DNA of 64,000 bases from the human T2T-CHM13v2.0 reference genome, Homo sapiens (GCF_009914755.1 NC_060933.1); one strand, 5' to 3'; shown: positions 1-18,066, numbered from the stretch's first letter. Notes: a model not told the origin generated them from the letters alone. Numbers and translations are program-made.

Positions 1-834
1 CTCCTCTTCTCCAGTTTGCCCTGGTCACTTGCCCAGTGGGTGGTTTCCCAGGCTTCCCTCTTCTGCTCTGTAGTGCTCAGATGAAGAAAACCATGTCTCC
101 ATGGAATTTCCACAGGGCAATAAAGAGACAAGTGGGGAGTATGTACAGGAGGTTGAGGCTCCACTGGTCACTCAGTGAACAATGCCTGAGGGCCTATTAT
201 ATGCTGGGTACTGTGGCCAACATGGGATAGATAGGATGCATTTTCAGCCCACCAGGAGTATATAGTCTAATAGCAGAGACAACACCAGTATGAAAACAAC
301 TCTGAACAGAGGAATCCAAGGTCCACAATGAGGGAAGTATGGCTCCATTCTATGAGGATTTGAGAGGGTAGGCTACAGCTAGCTGGGGAATGTCAGCAAG
401 AGTTCTTGGAGAAAGAGACATTGAGAATGCCCTCGAAAGATGGGTAGAGCTTGGACAGGGAAGCAGAAAGGGAAGGGAATTCCAGGTGGGAGGGAAAGAA
501 AGGGCAGAGACAAAGTGGGAAAGCACCGAGCAGGCATGGGGAGCTGCGAGTAGCCCCACTGAAGAGGAGCAGTGAGAGTTGATTCTGGACAGGGGAGTAG
601 ACCCAGGTCATAGAAGCTTTGCATGTAGGCTAAGCAGCATAGAATTCTCCTGTGGGGGATCAGGAGCCATGGCGGGTTGCAGGAGAGGAGAGACACAGTC
701 AGAGTTGTGCTTGGTGAAGGACATGGTGGAGATCATCCTCCTGTTCCCCTAGGTGTCTTAGGATCTACCCAGAGGGGCCTCCAGCCTTGCTCGGGGTGAC
801 TCATGGGTATCCTTGCTTTCTCTTGTGCTTCAAG

Positions 835-978
835 GCCCTTGCTGAGATGCTCAAGGAGAACAAGGTGTTGAAGACACTGAATGTGGAATCCAACTTCATT
901 TCTGGAGCTGGGATTCTGCGCCTGGTAGAAGCCCTCCCATACAACACTTCTCTGGTGGAAATGAAAATTGACAACCAG
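835..978 (+). CDS. TMOD1: TMOD1 coding exon (exon 8), LRR cap domain: [10 protein letters not shown]...VEMKIDNQ
   Basis: Translation matches tropomodulin-1. Polypyrimidine tract and AG at 833-834, GT at 979-980; 144 nt, phase 0/0. Confidence 0.97.
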
Positions 979-2305
979 GTGAGATGGGCAACGGTCTCCT
1001 CAGGTCTGTTACTACATGCAGCTCGCTGGCCTGCAGTGTTTCCCATGCTGCTGGATGGAGCTGAGAATGCTGATGATAGAAGCTCAGAGCCCAGCTTTGA
1101 GGGACCTCCAAGGTCCCTAAAGTTCACACCCTCTACCACGCTCACCTTCCTTCTTCATCGCTTCCACTACGTGCTCTTCCAGTTCTGATTGAGTCCCTCT
1201 CATGATGGGGGACACACTCCTTACCAACATCATCACTTCCATTCTTAGGCAATGAGAACATTCTTCCTTATATCCGGTAGAAGTCAGCTCCCCGTAAGTC
1301 CTGTTTGTTGGGCTTAGCTCTGTTCTCTGCTTCACTCAGGACATCTGTTGCACAGATCTCATGGACCACTAAGCTCTCCTTCTCCAGGTTAAAATTCCCA
1401 GTTTTCTTCATTCACCCCCATTCAATGCGGCTTTTGAATTTCCTCACCATTCACATTACTCTCTAGGCAATTCTAGTTTGTCTTTATTCTTATGGAGTTA
1501 CTGTTTCTCTGTAACTTCTGTGGGTCAATCATTTTATCTGCGGGGCAACTCTTTCAGCTCTGACTTTCTAAGAGGATGCTAATAACAACATCTTACATGT
1601 TACATGTGTTGAGAGTGTACTGTGGACCAGGCTCTGAGATACACATCTTACATCCATCATCTTTGATCTTCACAACAACCCTACAGAATGTGGGTATCAT
1701 CAGTCTCAGTTTTCAGAAAATAGTCCAGACAGGCCAAAGATAAGCCCCTTTTTCAGGGCCATAGGGTCAGCATTTAGGAAGCAGGATTTGAATCCAGGTC
1801 TCTTTGACTCTAAAACTCACACTTATTCCACTGCAGCATGTTGCTTTTGATGTTAAAATGCTTTCTTTTTTATGAATGGGGACTCAGTTTTTTTTTTTCC
1901 ACTACATGAAAATTTTTGCTGAATGGTTGTATAAATGTATGCATGGGAAAAAGATTGGAATGAAATATTACAAAATTCTAAACAGTGGTTATACCTGAGT
2001 GAGACTATCACAAGTTTTTAACTTTTTTATTGTAAAACATGGCAAACATACAGAAAAGTGCATAAAACTTAAATGCACAGCTTAAGGAATCATAACAGGC
2101 ATGTAACCCCTGTCCAGGTCAAGAAACGAAAACATTACCAACCTCCAGAAGACTTTGTCCCTTCCCAACCATAACCCTTTCAAAACCATTCACAACTTGC
2201 TCCCCACTCTCATGCCTCCATGCCTTTCCCTCCTCATGGAATGTCCTCCCCTGCCTCTACCCTCTTCTCTGCCTTCTGGGTTTAGTTGAAGTTTCACTTT
2301 ATCTT

Positions 2306-2497
2306 AGTGGTGTTCTAGAGACAGCTTGAACCAGCTTGCAAGATCTGATTGTGGATATCTCTTCCTGAGACCAGCGATGGCACATTGGTGCCTTGAATTG
2401 CTCATGGTAGGTGGGAGTATTTACACTATGGAAATTGGCAAATTGGCACACCATGCATCAGGGCTTTTTTTTTTTCTTTGAGAGCCAGGTTACTACT
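2306..2497. mobile_element. MER63A-like hAT MITE
   Basis: Resembles the recalled consensus (AGTGGTGT...GGTGGGAGTATTTACAC...GGAAATTGGCAAA...GAGAGCC). Confidence 0.65.
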
Positions 2498-5421
2498 GTC
2501 TTCTCCCACTAGTCTGCCATAGCTCCTCCAAACCTCTGCCCAAAGAGAGTTAGATACCTCTTCCTCTGGGCTCCCCTAGCACCTTGGCTTCCCTTGAGCT
2601 TCCCAGAAGCTGGTGCTATGTCTGAGGCATCTCCTTATCTCAGTGCCCAGCTCAGGACCTGGCCCTTCAGGAGTGCCTGGTAAGTAAGTTTGCCCTGGAT
2701 GGTCGTGCATATTGTTCACAGCACAATGAGGTAGCAGAGAGCAAAATTCAACCCAGAATCCACTCTCCAAGCTGTGTGCCTCAGTATGGGGCTTTGTTCA
2801 CCCAGAGAGGGCACTTTTTTCTAATTTATATAAAGCAGTCACATGAGCTGGCAGCAGCCGTGTCACGTGCATTTCCTGCATTGGACTCCTTGCATCTCTC
2901 GCATGCCGGTGGTCTTGCTGCTGCCTCGCTCATTCTCAGGCCCTCCCCACCCCTACCCCTTCTGCGCCCTCCCTTAGCCATTGCTGACTGTGCTCCACTG
3001 GAGGCAAGAGGGGCAGAGCAGATGGAACAAAGGCATGCAGCAGGCTTGGCAGTGGCCCTGGGCCAGGCCCTGGGATTGGCTACTCATGTGAATCCCAGCC
3101 TGGCCTGGCAGGAAGTCAGGGTCTACCCAGAGTCAGCTGAAACTTAACTCCCAGGGCAGAATGTCAGCAAAAGAGGACTGGGAGCAGGTCACTGTGGTGG
3201 CAGCTGCCAGGGAGTTGCCCCTTCCCTCCACACACTATCCCCCCAGAGTCCAAGATGGAGCCCATGCTAACCATTGCCCTTACCTTAGCTGAATACCCTG
3301 GTTCAAAAACATTTACTTCCCTGAGCCTCCGTTTCCTGGCTTGTAAAATGAGGATTATAAGAATCTCTGCTCCTAAGGAGATAACAGATGTAAACTCTGA
3401 AGTTGTTAACTTTTAGAATCACTGGGAAGGTGAACTAGGGGATTCACATGCTATTCTAAGAGTTAATTTCCTGAGCAGGTATCATGTGCCAAAACCATAC
3501 TGGGTACTTTGTGTCTATTATCTAATTTAATGTTCACAAAGACTCTGTAAGTGGCATTACAACCCATCCCTGTATCACAGATGAGGAAACGGAGTGCCAG
3601 GCAGGCTATGCAACCTGCCCAAGGCCACACAAGAAGCAAGAGGGGCAAGATTCAAACCCAGGTCTGTGTGACTCCAGAGTCCATGTATAATGCTATGCCT
3701 GTCTGGGTTCTTGAAGCAGCTGTGGTTTCATGTGATGTCAGCCTGGCTTTTCTCATCTGTCCTCTGGCCTGGGGCCTGAGCACTGGTCAGCACCACCCGC
3801 CATCCAGTGAGCCTCTTCTTTGGTTCATCTTGACATTTTGATGAATGCTGGCTGCTTGCCAGGACTGTGCTGGGCTGTGTGCAGGACTGAGGCTCCAGGT
3901 CCACCCTCCAGAAGTTTCCTCACTGGATGGGAGGAAAGATGGTTGCAGAAATGACCATCATACCAGGTGCTCCAGCAGCCAGACAGTGGGCTGTGAGGTC
4001 CATCAGAGGGAGCAGTCTTAGTCAGGAATAGCAATCAGGGAGGGTTGCTTGGAGGAGGCAGATTTTGAGATAAACCCGTAGATGCTGGGTAGACCCTGAC
4101 TTCCCACCCACAGGGTGAAAAGTATCTCAGGTGACATGGAGGCCATGGCATCCCAGGTGCAGAGAGGAGTGGGGAAAGCCATGGAGCCCATCCACACAGG
4201 CTCACGGTACCCCCAGAGGAAAGCCAGAAAGGGGGTTAGGAGTCGGAGAGCTTTGAATGGGTAGGTTTAGGGAAAGTGGGCTGTGCTGTGCTCTGGGAAG
4301 ATGGTTCTGGCTGGATGGGAGGGGACTGGGGGCAAGGAGAGGGTATCAGGGCCCAGGAGATCAGCCAGGAGCTATGGCCTCCAGGACCAGGGGGCTGTGG
4401 GGAGGCGCTCCTGCCTAACTGGAGTTGGGTCCGGCAGGGGAAGGGCTGAAGGCAGGTCTCAGGGAGGGGGCTCTGCTGACTCAGGCTCAGGAGGAGGCCA
4501 CCTGTGCCTCCCCTTCAGGTGCCCCAGCCCCAGGCTGGGGGGAGGCAGGGCAGTGTGACACAGAGGAGGTGGCGAGTGGCATTTGATTTATTCCTTTATT
4601 CCTCATTCCTGGTTAGTCACCGAGGTCCTTGGAGACGGGAGCTTTTTCCTCAGTCCTGTGCTTATAACCTGTGGCAGCAAGTCTCTGTCCTTCTTTCTCC
4701 TTATACGGCCAGGGAAAGGGACTTGGGGAGTTCTGCCCAGGGTGACACGGAGCTGGCTCAGGACACAGTTTGGGAACCAGGACTTTGAAGCTGTTTGTTG
4801 ACTCAAATAGTCTCTCTATCTCCAAGCAATGTTCTGTTGCCACCTGTGGTTGCGCCAAGACCATGGTGAATTGGGAAAGGGCAGAGCAGACCCCAGAGCC
4901 AGAAGGCACTGAGACAACATCTAGCCCAGTCCTCCTTTCACAAGCGGGGAAACTGAGGATGAGAGAAGGGATGGGACTAGCCTGAGGCCACAGGCCAGGT
5001 TAGTGGCAGAGCTCGGTTGGAGCTGCAGTATCCTGGCTGCACTGATGGATGGATGGGAGAAACCCTGTGGGCCCCGAGGGAGCCTGCAGGCCCGGCCCAG
5101 GCCAAGCAGGCCATCTCCACACACGGCTTCTGTGCTGCTCTCACCAAACTCTCCAAACTCCCCACAGAGCTGCTCTTCCCCAGGACCCCCAGGGCACCAG
5201 GGACCCTGCTCCCCAGGCCAGACAAGGCCTGGGGTGAGTCCCACAAATGAGAATATGTATAATGTCTGGGGTAGTGGCCAGATTCCCCACTTTTTATTCC
5301 AATATTTGACAATGAGGATGTGCTTAATATTTTGAAGAGAAGTTAAAGTAGATGGATTGTGCTGTCTTGTTTTCCCAGATTGGATGATTTGTGTCTGGCT
5401 TTTTTTACTCAACGTTGCGAT

Positions 5422-5915
5422 TGTATCAGTTTTTTGTAGCTGTGTAACAAATTATCCCCAAATATAGCAACTTAAACAGCCTCAGAATCCTGGCATAAAA
5501 CAATAAACATGTATTAACTCACCATTTCTGAGGGCCAGGAATCCAGGAGCAGTGTGGCTGGCTGACTTCGCCCAGAGTGCATGATCTGAGGTGGAGAAAC
5601 TGCTTCCACCATGGCTCCCTCACAGCGTGGGCAGGAGACCTCAGCACCTTACCGTGTGCACCCGGCCTAGGGCTGTTGGAGTGTCCTCACAATATGGCAG
5701 CTAACTTCTCCCAGAGTGAGTGAGCCAAGTCAGAGAAAAAAGAAAGCCTCAGATGCCTTTTATGACCCAGCCTCGGAAGTTACACAAAGTCATTTCCACC
5801 ATATTCTGTTTATTAAAAGTGAGTCACAAAGCACAACCCACACTCAAGGGGAGAGAAATCAGACACCACTTTTTGGAGGGGGGAGGATCAAAGAATTTTG
5901 CAGATATTAAGTCAT
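5422..5915 (-). mobile_element. MLT1-type (old MaLR) LTR
   Basis: TGTATCAGTT...GCTGTGTAACAAATTATCCCCAAA...AACAATAAACA pattern typical of reverse MLT1. Confidence 0.65.
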
Positions 5916-5977
5916 CACAGTAAGAATTATCTATATTATTTTGTGTCACAGGAGTTGACCAGAAAGACCTCTGTAAC

Positions 5978-7396
5978 TGAGAGGTGACAGCATGCTGGCA
6001 GCCCTCACAGCCCTCCCTCGCTCTCGGCGCCTCCTCAGCCTTGGCGCCCACTCTGGCCGCGCTTGTGGAGCCCTTCAGCCCGCCGCTGCACTGTGGGAGC
6101 CCCTTTCTGGGCTGGGCAAGGCCAGAGCCGGCTCCCTCAGCTTGCGGGGAGGTGTGGAGGGAGAGGCGCCGGCGGGAACCAGGGCTGTGCGCGGCGCTTG
6201 CGGGCCAGCGCGTGTTCCGGGTGGGCGTGCTCTCGGCGGGCCCCGCACTCGGAGCGGCCGGCCGACCCCGCCGGCTCCGGGCAGTGAGGGGCTTAGCACC
6301 TGGGCCAGCAGCTGCTGTGCTCGACTTCTCGCCGGGCCTTAGCTGCCTCCCCACGGGGCAGGGCTCGGGACCTGCAGCCCGCCATGCCTGAGCTTCCCCC
6401 ACGCCGTGGTCTCCTGAGCGGCCCGAACCTCCCCGACAAGCGCCGCCCCCTGCTCCACGGCGCCCAGTCCCATCAACCACCCAAGGGCTGAGGAGTGCGG
6501 GCGCAGGGCGCGGGACTGGCAGGCAGCTCCACCTGCGGCCCCGGTGCAGGATCCACTGGGTGAAGCCAGCTGGGCTCCTGAGTCTGGTGGGGACTTGGAG
6601 AATCTTTATGTCTGGCTAAGGGATGGCAAATCCACCAATCAGCACTCTGTATCTAGCTCAAGGTTTGTAAACACACCAATCAGCACCCTGTGTCTAGCTC
6701 AGGGTTTGCAAATGCACCAATTGACACCTGTATCTAGCTACTCTGGTGGGGACATGGAGAACTTTTGTGTCCACACTCTGTATCTAGCTAATCTAGTGGG
6801 GAGGTGGAGAACTTTTGTGTCTAGCTCAGGGATTGTAAACGCACCAGTCAGCACCCTGTCAAAACAGACCAACCAGCTCTCTATAAAATGGACCAGTCGG
6901 CTCTCTGTAAAATGGACCAATCAGCAGGATATGGGTGGGGCCAGATAAGAGAATAAAAGCAGGCTGCCGGATAACGCAGTGGCAACCCGCTCGGGTCCAC
7001 TTCCGCACTGTGGAAACTTTGTTCTTTCTCTGTTTGCCATAAATCTTGCCACTGCTCACTCTTTGGGTCCACACTGCCTTTATGAGTTGTAACACTCACC
7101 GCGAAGGTCTGCAGCTTCACTCCTGAAGCCATCGAGACCACGAACCCACTGGGAGGAACAAACAACTCCAGAGGCTCCGCCTTAAGAGCTGTAACACTCA
7201 CCGCGAAGGCCTGCAGCTTCACTCCTGATCCAGGAGACCACAAACCCACCGGAAGGAAGAAACTCCTAACACATCCGAACATCAGAAGGAACAAACTCCG
7301 GACACACCGCCTTTAAGAACTATAACACTCACCTCGAGGGTCCGCGGCTTCATTCTTGCAGTCAGTGAGACCAAGAACCCACCAATTCCGGACACA
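5978..7396 (+). mobile_element. Solo LTR12-family LTR (ERV9; LTR12C/E-like)
   Basis: Termini TGAGAGGTGACAGC...TCCGGACACA; 4-bp TSD TAAC (5974-5977, 7397-7400); CpG-rich 5' part; CCAAT/TCTAGCT U3 repeats; repeated U5 units. Confidence 0.95.
6635..6990 (+). promoter_or_regulatory. LTR12 U3 enhancer/promoter motifs (NF-Y CCAAT, GATA, TATA-like AATAAA)
   Basis: CCAAT at 6635, 6676, 6717, 6917; AGATAA at 6943-6948; AATAAA at 6952-6957. Activity not shown. Confidence 0.7.
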
Positions 7397-8100
7397 TAAC
7401 TAGCAAAGCTACCTCAGGATGGAGCAGGTATCTCAAAGGGGGAGGAGTTCCCATCCTGGGGGTGTGTAAACAGCTGGGAGATGGAGGGAATTTTAATGTC
7501 AGTTAGGGTCTGGGACTCTGGAGTTGGATAACCTAATTCCCAGGCCTCCTTTCTGTTGTGTTTTGAAGTATTCCCAGTTGTCCATATCATCTGGGAATGG
7601 CCAGAATTGGCTCCGTCAAATGTCCAAAGTGAGATTCTTGATGTTCCTGTTGCGTCTGGCCAGAAAGGGAGCCTCAGAGCCACCGGCTCCAGGATACACC
7701 TTGTAACACCTAAGGTGTTGGTTGGTAATTTTGTTCAAGAGCAAATCTGATCTCTTTCTCATCTGATGGGTAATGCTCTGACATGGTAAAGGTGTGAGGA
7801 CACACAGCTGTCACACACTGCTGAAGGGCATGCCGACTTTTACATCCTTTTGTCAGAGCAGTCTCAATTTTAATTTGAAAGCGCCTATCTTTCAACCTAG
7901 CAGTTTTGATTTCCGTAGGAAGCCTGAGGAATACCCCCTCCCTCCCCTGCCACTGCCACGTTGTTCGTAACACGAAAAAACAGAAGTAACCTAAATATCC
8001 ATCTACACCAGGGCGTCCCGTGAAGCCAATAGAAGGAATAAGGTCATTCTCTACATACTGACTCTGAAAGAGCTCTGCAAAATATTAAATGAAAAAGGTG

Positions 8101-8424
8101 GGCTAGGCATGACAGCTCATGCCTGTAATCCCAGCACTTTGGGAGGCCAAGGAGGGAGCTCACTAGAGACCAGGAGTTCAAGACCAGCCTGGTCAACATA
8201 GCAAGACCCCATCTCTGTAAAAAAAAGTAAAGGAAATTAGCCAGACATGGTGGCACGTGCCTGTAGTCCTAGCTACTTGGGAGGCTGAGCAGGAGGATCA
8301 CTTGAGCCCAGGAGTCAGAAGCTGTAGTGAGCTATGATTGCACTGCTTTGTGCTGCTGCACTCTAGCCTGGGCAACAGAGTGAGACACAGTCTCCAAAAA
8401 AATAAATAAATAAATATTAAAATA
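8101..8424 (+). mobile_element. Alu (AluJ-like)
   Basis: Dimer with A-tail; TSD AAATGAAAAAGG. Confidence 0.9.
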
Positions 8425-8541
8425 AAATGAAAAAGGCAAGTTGCAGAACAGTAAGTATAGTATGAATTCATTTAAACAAGAAACAAGTACCACAAAACAA
8501 AACAAATCCCTGTACATTTCTGTCATATACTTCATGCATAG

Positions 8542-8879
<338 letters not shown>

Positions 8880-9447
8880 CATGGTGGTTACTTCTACGGA
8901 AGGGGGTGGGACTGGGAATAAATCGGGTGAGGGAGACTCTTTCCTTTTACTCAATCTGTGTTAATATCATATGAATTGTTAATAATGTGGTTATATTTAT
9001 TCACAAGTGGTTTTTTACTTCTCAAGCAAATCTGAAGGAGTATGAGAGTTCTTTCCCAACCATCCTGTCCCTGGCTCTGCTGCCCAGAGACTGTTGCCAG
9101 TCCGGGCATGACCAACCCCTTGGTCTCTCCCCCTTTACACACTTTCAGGCACAGGCAGCTCACTACCTTACCAGGCAGTTCCTCAGCGTGTGGACACTTC
9201 TAATGGTCAGAGGCATTCCTCCATGCTGAGCCAAACACCATCTGCGTGTAGTTCCTCTCGTCAGTCCTACTTCTGCCTTCTGGTCATTCTCAGAGGCACT
9301 TAAGTGAGGTGGAAACCAGCACAGACTCTAGAGCTCGCTGCCTGTATTCAAATCCTGGTCCTGCAACTGACCCATGCTAGGATTTGGGAAAAATTTCTTA
9401 ATACTTCTGTGCTTCAATTTTTTTTGCCTATAAAATGAAAATAATGA

Positions 9448-9735
9448 GGATGGGCATAGTGGCTCATGCCTGTAACCCAGCACTTTGGGAGGCTGAGGTG
9501 GGTGGATCACTTGAGGTCAGGAGTTCAAGACCAGCCTGGCCAACATGGTAAAACCCCATCTCTACTAAAAATACAAAAATTAGCTGGGCGTGGTGGTGCT
9601 ACTCAGGAGGCTGAGGCAGGAGCATCGCTTGAACCCAGAAGGCAGAGGTTGCAGCAAGCCAAGATCGTGCTATGCACTCCAGTCTGGGCGACAGAACAAG
9701 ACTCCATCTCAAAAAATAACATAAAATAAAATAAA
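9448..9735 (+). mobile_element. Alu (AluS) inserted in a MIR
   Basis: Dimer with a small internal deletion; TSD AAAATGAAAATAA. Confidence 0.9.
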
Positions 9736-9937
9736 ATGAAAATAACGATAGTAGTTTTCCTTAGATTGACAGGAAAAATTCCTTAGATTGATAGGAAAAA
9801 ATGAATTAGCTTTTGTAAAATGTTTATGACATTGTTTAGCATGCAGTAATCACTAAATAAGTTACTTGAAAAATAAGTCAGAGAACTGGTTTTTAGTCGT
9901 GGCTCCCCAGCCACTGGTTCTCTCTTCTATAAAATGA

Positions 9938-10293
<356 letters not shown>

Positions 10294-11299
10294 GAAGCTT
10301 CTTTGACATCTTAAGGCTTACTGTAAGGTGTATGCACGTGTTCTATTTTACTCCTTAATGTAAAAAGAATGGGTTTGCTCTGAGATGAACACTCCTGGAA
10401 GATCATGATTATCTAATGGAATCCTGTACCTTGTCGCACATGCCCAGACACATCTGTGTGTATCTAGGGTACTGGACACTAATGTGAGAACTGGGCCTAG
10501 AGGAACCTGGGGCAGTCCTTTCAGCCCCAGGTCAAGGTCAAGCCTTGGCTCTGTCATGAATAAGCCGAGGGAGCATGGTCCAACTTCCATCTACACATGG
10601 ATTCAGTATACTCATCTCTAAGATGCAGATGCTGGCTCCTGCCTGCCCTGCTCACCTCCCAGGGATGTAGACAGGTCGAATGGGGGCAATGCATGTTAAG
10701 GGGCTTTGTACTCTGCACGAAGCATCAGCTTTGCAGAGGCAGTCCTCGAAGTCCCTGGTAGCCCCTTCACTCAGGGGAGACCAGTACTTTCTGAGACTAG
10801 CCCATCCTGAGTTTTAGCAGGGCATTTGCAGCAAGAGACCTCAAGGAGAGGCCAGGGTTCCTGCTAACTGGGGAGGGTGGGTGGAGGAGCTGCCAGTTCC
10901 TTCTTGGGGCCTCAGATGGTTGCTGTGCCATCTCCAGGCCAAAACGGCCAGATTCCAGGGCTGTGCTGAGTCCTCCAAGGACCGACCTGACCTCTTCCCA
11001 GCATTCTCAGGAGCCTTGCCAGAGGGGCCGGTGGAATTTCACCAGTGTCCCTCTGCCTGCCGTGGCCAGCTTTCTGAGCCCAGTCTGAACCCAGATGAGC
11101 TCTGGTGAACTCAGAATACCTGGGGGGAGTTCTCAATCAAGAGTCTCAGCTGCAATTCGTGCTTGTCCATTTGGATGCTGGGCTGACGTCGCCTCTATCC
11201 CTCCCAAGCATGTTCCTGTTTCCTCCATTCAATTCAATTCTGCACACCTCGACCGAGAGAAACTGGGTACTATGTCCTACCCGAGAGCTCATGGTCTAC

Positions 11300-11668
11300 A
11301 GCAGCACTGTTCAATAGAACTTCCTGTGATGATGGAACTGTTCCATATCTGCATTAACCAACATGGTAGTCTCCAGCCAGTGGCTATTTGTTTGCTGGTT
11401 TTTGTAGTGACGAGTTTTCTCTATGTTGCCTGCCCAGGTTGGTCTCAAACTCCTGGTCTCAAGTGATCCTCCTGCCTCAGCTTCCCAGAGTGCTGGGATT
11501 ATAGGTGTGAGCCACTGTGCCCGGCTACCAGTGGCTATCAAGCACTAGAAATGTGGCTAATAGGACTGAGGAAATGAACTATACATCGTTTTCATTTTAA
11601 TTATTTAGATGTATAGAGCAACATGTGGCTAGTAGCTACTGTAGCTACTGTATTGGACAATACCGTTC
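11300..11668. mobile_element. MER3-like hAT MITE interrupted by an Alu monomer (11390-11525, - strand)
   Basis: CTGTTCAATAGAACTT...GTGATGATGGAA and ATGTGGCTAGTAGCTAC...TATTGGACA; CCAGTGGCTAT TSD around the monomer. Confidence 0.7.
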
Positions 11669-12184
11669 TAATTGGTGAGACAGCTATAGAGGCAGGTGAC
11701 CCAAGTAAGGCAGATGGACTCTGCCAGGTGTAGGGAGGGACATCCAATGTGCACTTGAGTGTGGAATGGGGAGAGATCATTTCCTGGGGTCAGGATCAGG
11801 AAAAGCCTCTTGGGGAGGGGGAATTTGCAGTGCATATTAAGGCAATAGGGATATACTTACAGGGAGGCTAAAAGCATTCCACATGGAGGCACATGAGCTT
11901 TTTGGAGTAGATCTCTGTCTGCACCAGGTACCATTATCAGACTGCCAGAGATAAACAGGCCGAGTAAGGAAGGAGAGAGAGAAGGAAAGCAAAGAGTCAT
12001 TTGTGAGCCTTGAGTACCAGGCTGAGGAGATGGGGCTGTGTCCTGTTGGCTTAGTGAGGGAATGAGCTGAGATCATGCAAGTGGGGCACGAGGCAGGGCC
12101 TGGGACACAGTAAATTGCAGCAGTTCTTGGCAGTGGGGAGCCATTAGAGGTGGTTGTGTATTTCTGTTTGGTTTCTATTTCTGG

Positions 12185-12911
<727 letters not shown>

Positions 12912-13152
12912 TTTTTATTTTATTTTATTTCTTTTTTCTTTTTTTTTATTATACTTTAAGTTTTAGGGTACATGTGCACATTGTGCAGGTTAGTTACATA
13001 TGTATACATGTGCCATGCTGGTGCGCTGCACCCACTAACTCGTCATCTAGCATTAGGTATATCTCCCGATGCTATCCCGCCCCCCTCCCCCCACCCCACA
13101 ACAGTCCCCAGAGTGTGATGTTCCCCTTCCTGTGTCCATGTGATCTCATTGT

Positions 13153-16986
<3,834 letters not shown>

Positions 16987-17049
16987 GATGATGTTAGCTG
17001 GTTATTTTGCTCGTTAGTTGATGCAGTTTCTTCCTAGTCTTGATGGTCT

Positions 17050-18066
17050 TTACATTTTGGCATGATTTTGCAGCGGCTGGTACCAGTTGTTCCTTTCCAT
17101 GTTTAGTGCTTCCTTCAGGAGCTCTTGTAAGGCAGGCCTGGTGGTGACAAAATCTCTCAGCATTTGCTTGTCTGTAAAGGATTTTATTTCTCCTTCACTT
17201 ATGAAGCTTAGTTTGGCTGGATATGAAATTCTGGGTTGAAAATTCTTTTCTTTAAGAATGTTGAATATTGGCCCCCACTCTCTTCTGGCTTGTAGGGTTT
17301 CTGCCGAGAGATCCGCTGTTAGTCTGATGGGCTTCCCTTTGTGGGTAACCTGACCTTTCTCTCTGGCTGCCCTTAACATTTTTTCCTTCATTTCAACTTT
17401 GGTGAATCTGACAATTATGTGTCTTGGAGTTGCTCTTCTCGAGGAGTATCTTTGTGGCATTCTCTGTATTTCCTGAATCTGAATGTTGGCCTGCCTTGCT
17501 AGATTGGAGAAGTTCTCCTGGATAATATCCTGCAGAGTGTTTTCCAACTTGGTTCCATTCTCCCCATCACTTTCAGGTACACCAATCAGACGTAGATTTG
17601 GTCTTTTCACATGGTCCCATATTTCTTGGAGGCTTTGCTCATTTCTTTTTATTCTTTTTTCTCTAAACTTCCCTTCTTGCTTCATTTCATTCATTTCATC
17701 TTCCATTGCTGATACCCTTTCTTCCAGTTGATCGCATCGGCTCCTGAGGCTTCTGCATTCTTCACGTAGTTCTCGAGCCTTGGTTTTCAGCTCCATCAGC
17801 TCCTTTAAGCACTTCTCTGTATTGGTTATTCTAGTTATACATTCTTCTAAATTTTTTTCAAAATTTTCAACTTCTTTGCCTTTGGTCTGAATGTCCTCCC
17901 GTAGCTCAGAGTAATTTGATCGTCTGAAGCCTTCTTCTCTCAGCTCGTGAAAGTCATTCTCCATCCAGCTTTGTTCCGTTGCTGGTGAGGAACTGCGTTC
18001 CTTTGGAGGAGGAGAGGTGCTCTGCTTTTTAGAGTTTCCAGTTTTTCTGTTCTGTTTTTTCCCCAT
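17050..18066 (-). CDS. L1 ORF1p, intact, 338 aa
   Basis: Uninterrupted MGKKQNRK...NHAKM; REKG, ARR and YPAKLS motifs present. Confidence 0.92.
   Translation of the reverse strand: MGKKQNRKTGNSKKQSTSPPPKERSSSPATEQSWMENDFHELREEGFRRSNYSELREDIQTKGKEVENFEKNLEECITRITNTEKCLKELMELKTKARELREECRSLRSRCDQLEERVSAMEDEMNEMKQEGKFREKRIKRNEQSLQEIWDHVKRPNLRLIGVPESDGENGTKLENTLQDIIQENFSNLARQANIQIQEIQRMPQRYSSRRATPRHIIVRFTKVEMKEKMLRAAREKGQVTHKGKPIRLTADLSAETLQARREWGPIFNILKEKNFQPRISYPAKLSFISEGEIKSFTDKQMLRDFVTTRPALQELLKEALNMERNNWYQPLQNHAKM

Noticed and set aside
787-1188. 133-aa ORF around TMOD1 exon 8
   Set aside because: Only 835-978 is tropomodulin-like and bounded by splice sites; the rest is open intronic frame with a non-ATG start.
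4921-5412. Cluster of overlapping ORFs on both strands
   Set aside because: GC-rich intron with no homology and no consistent exon structure.
5824-7294. Several long ORFs (up to 218 aa)
   Set aside because: They lie in the GC-rich, stop-poor LTR12 and show no recognisable protein similarity.
6600-7380. CRISPR-like spaced repeats
   Set aside because: These are the normal U3 and U5 tandem units of LTR12 in human DNA, with no cas genes.
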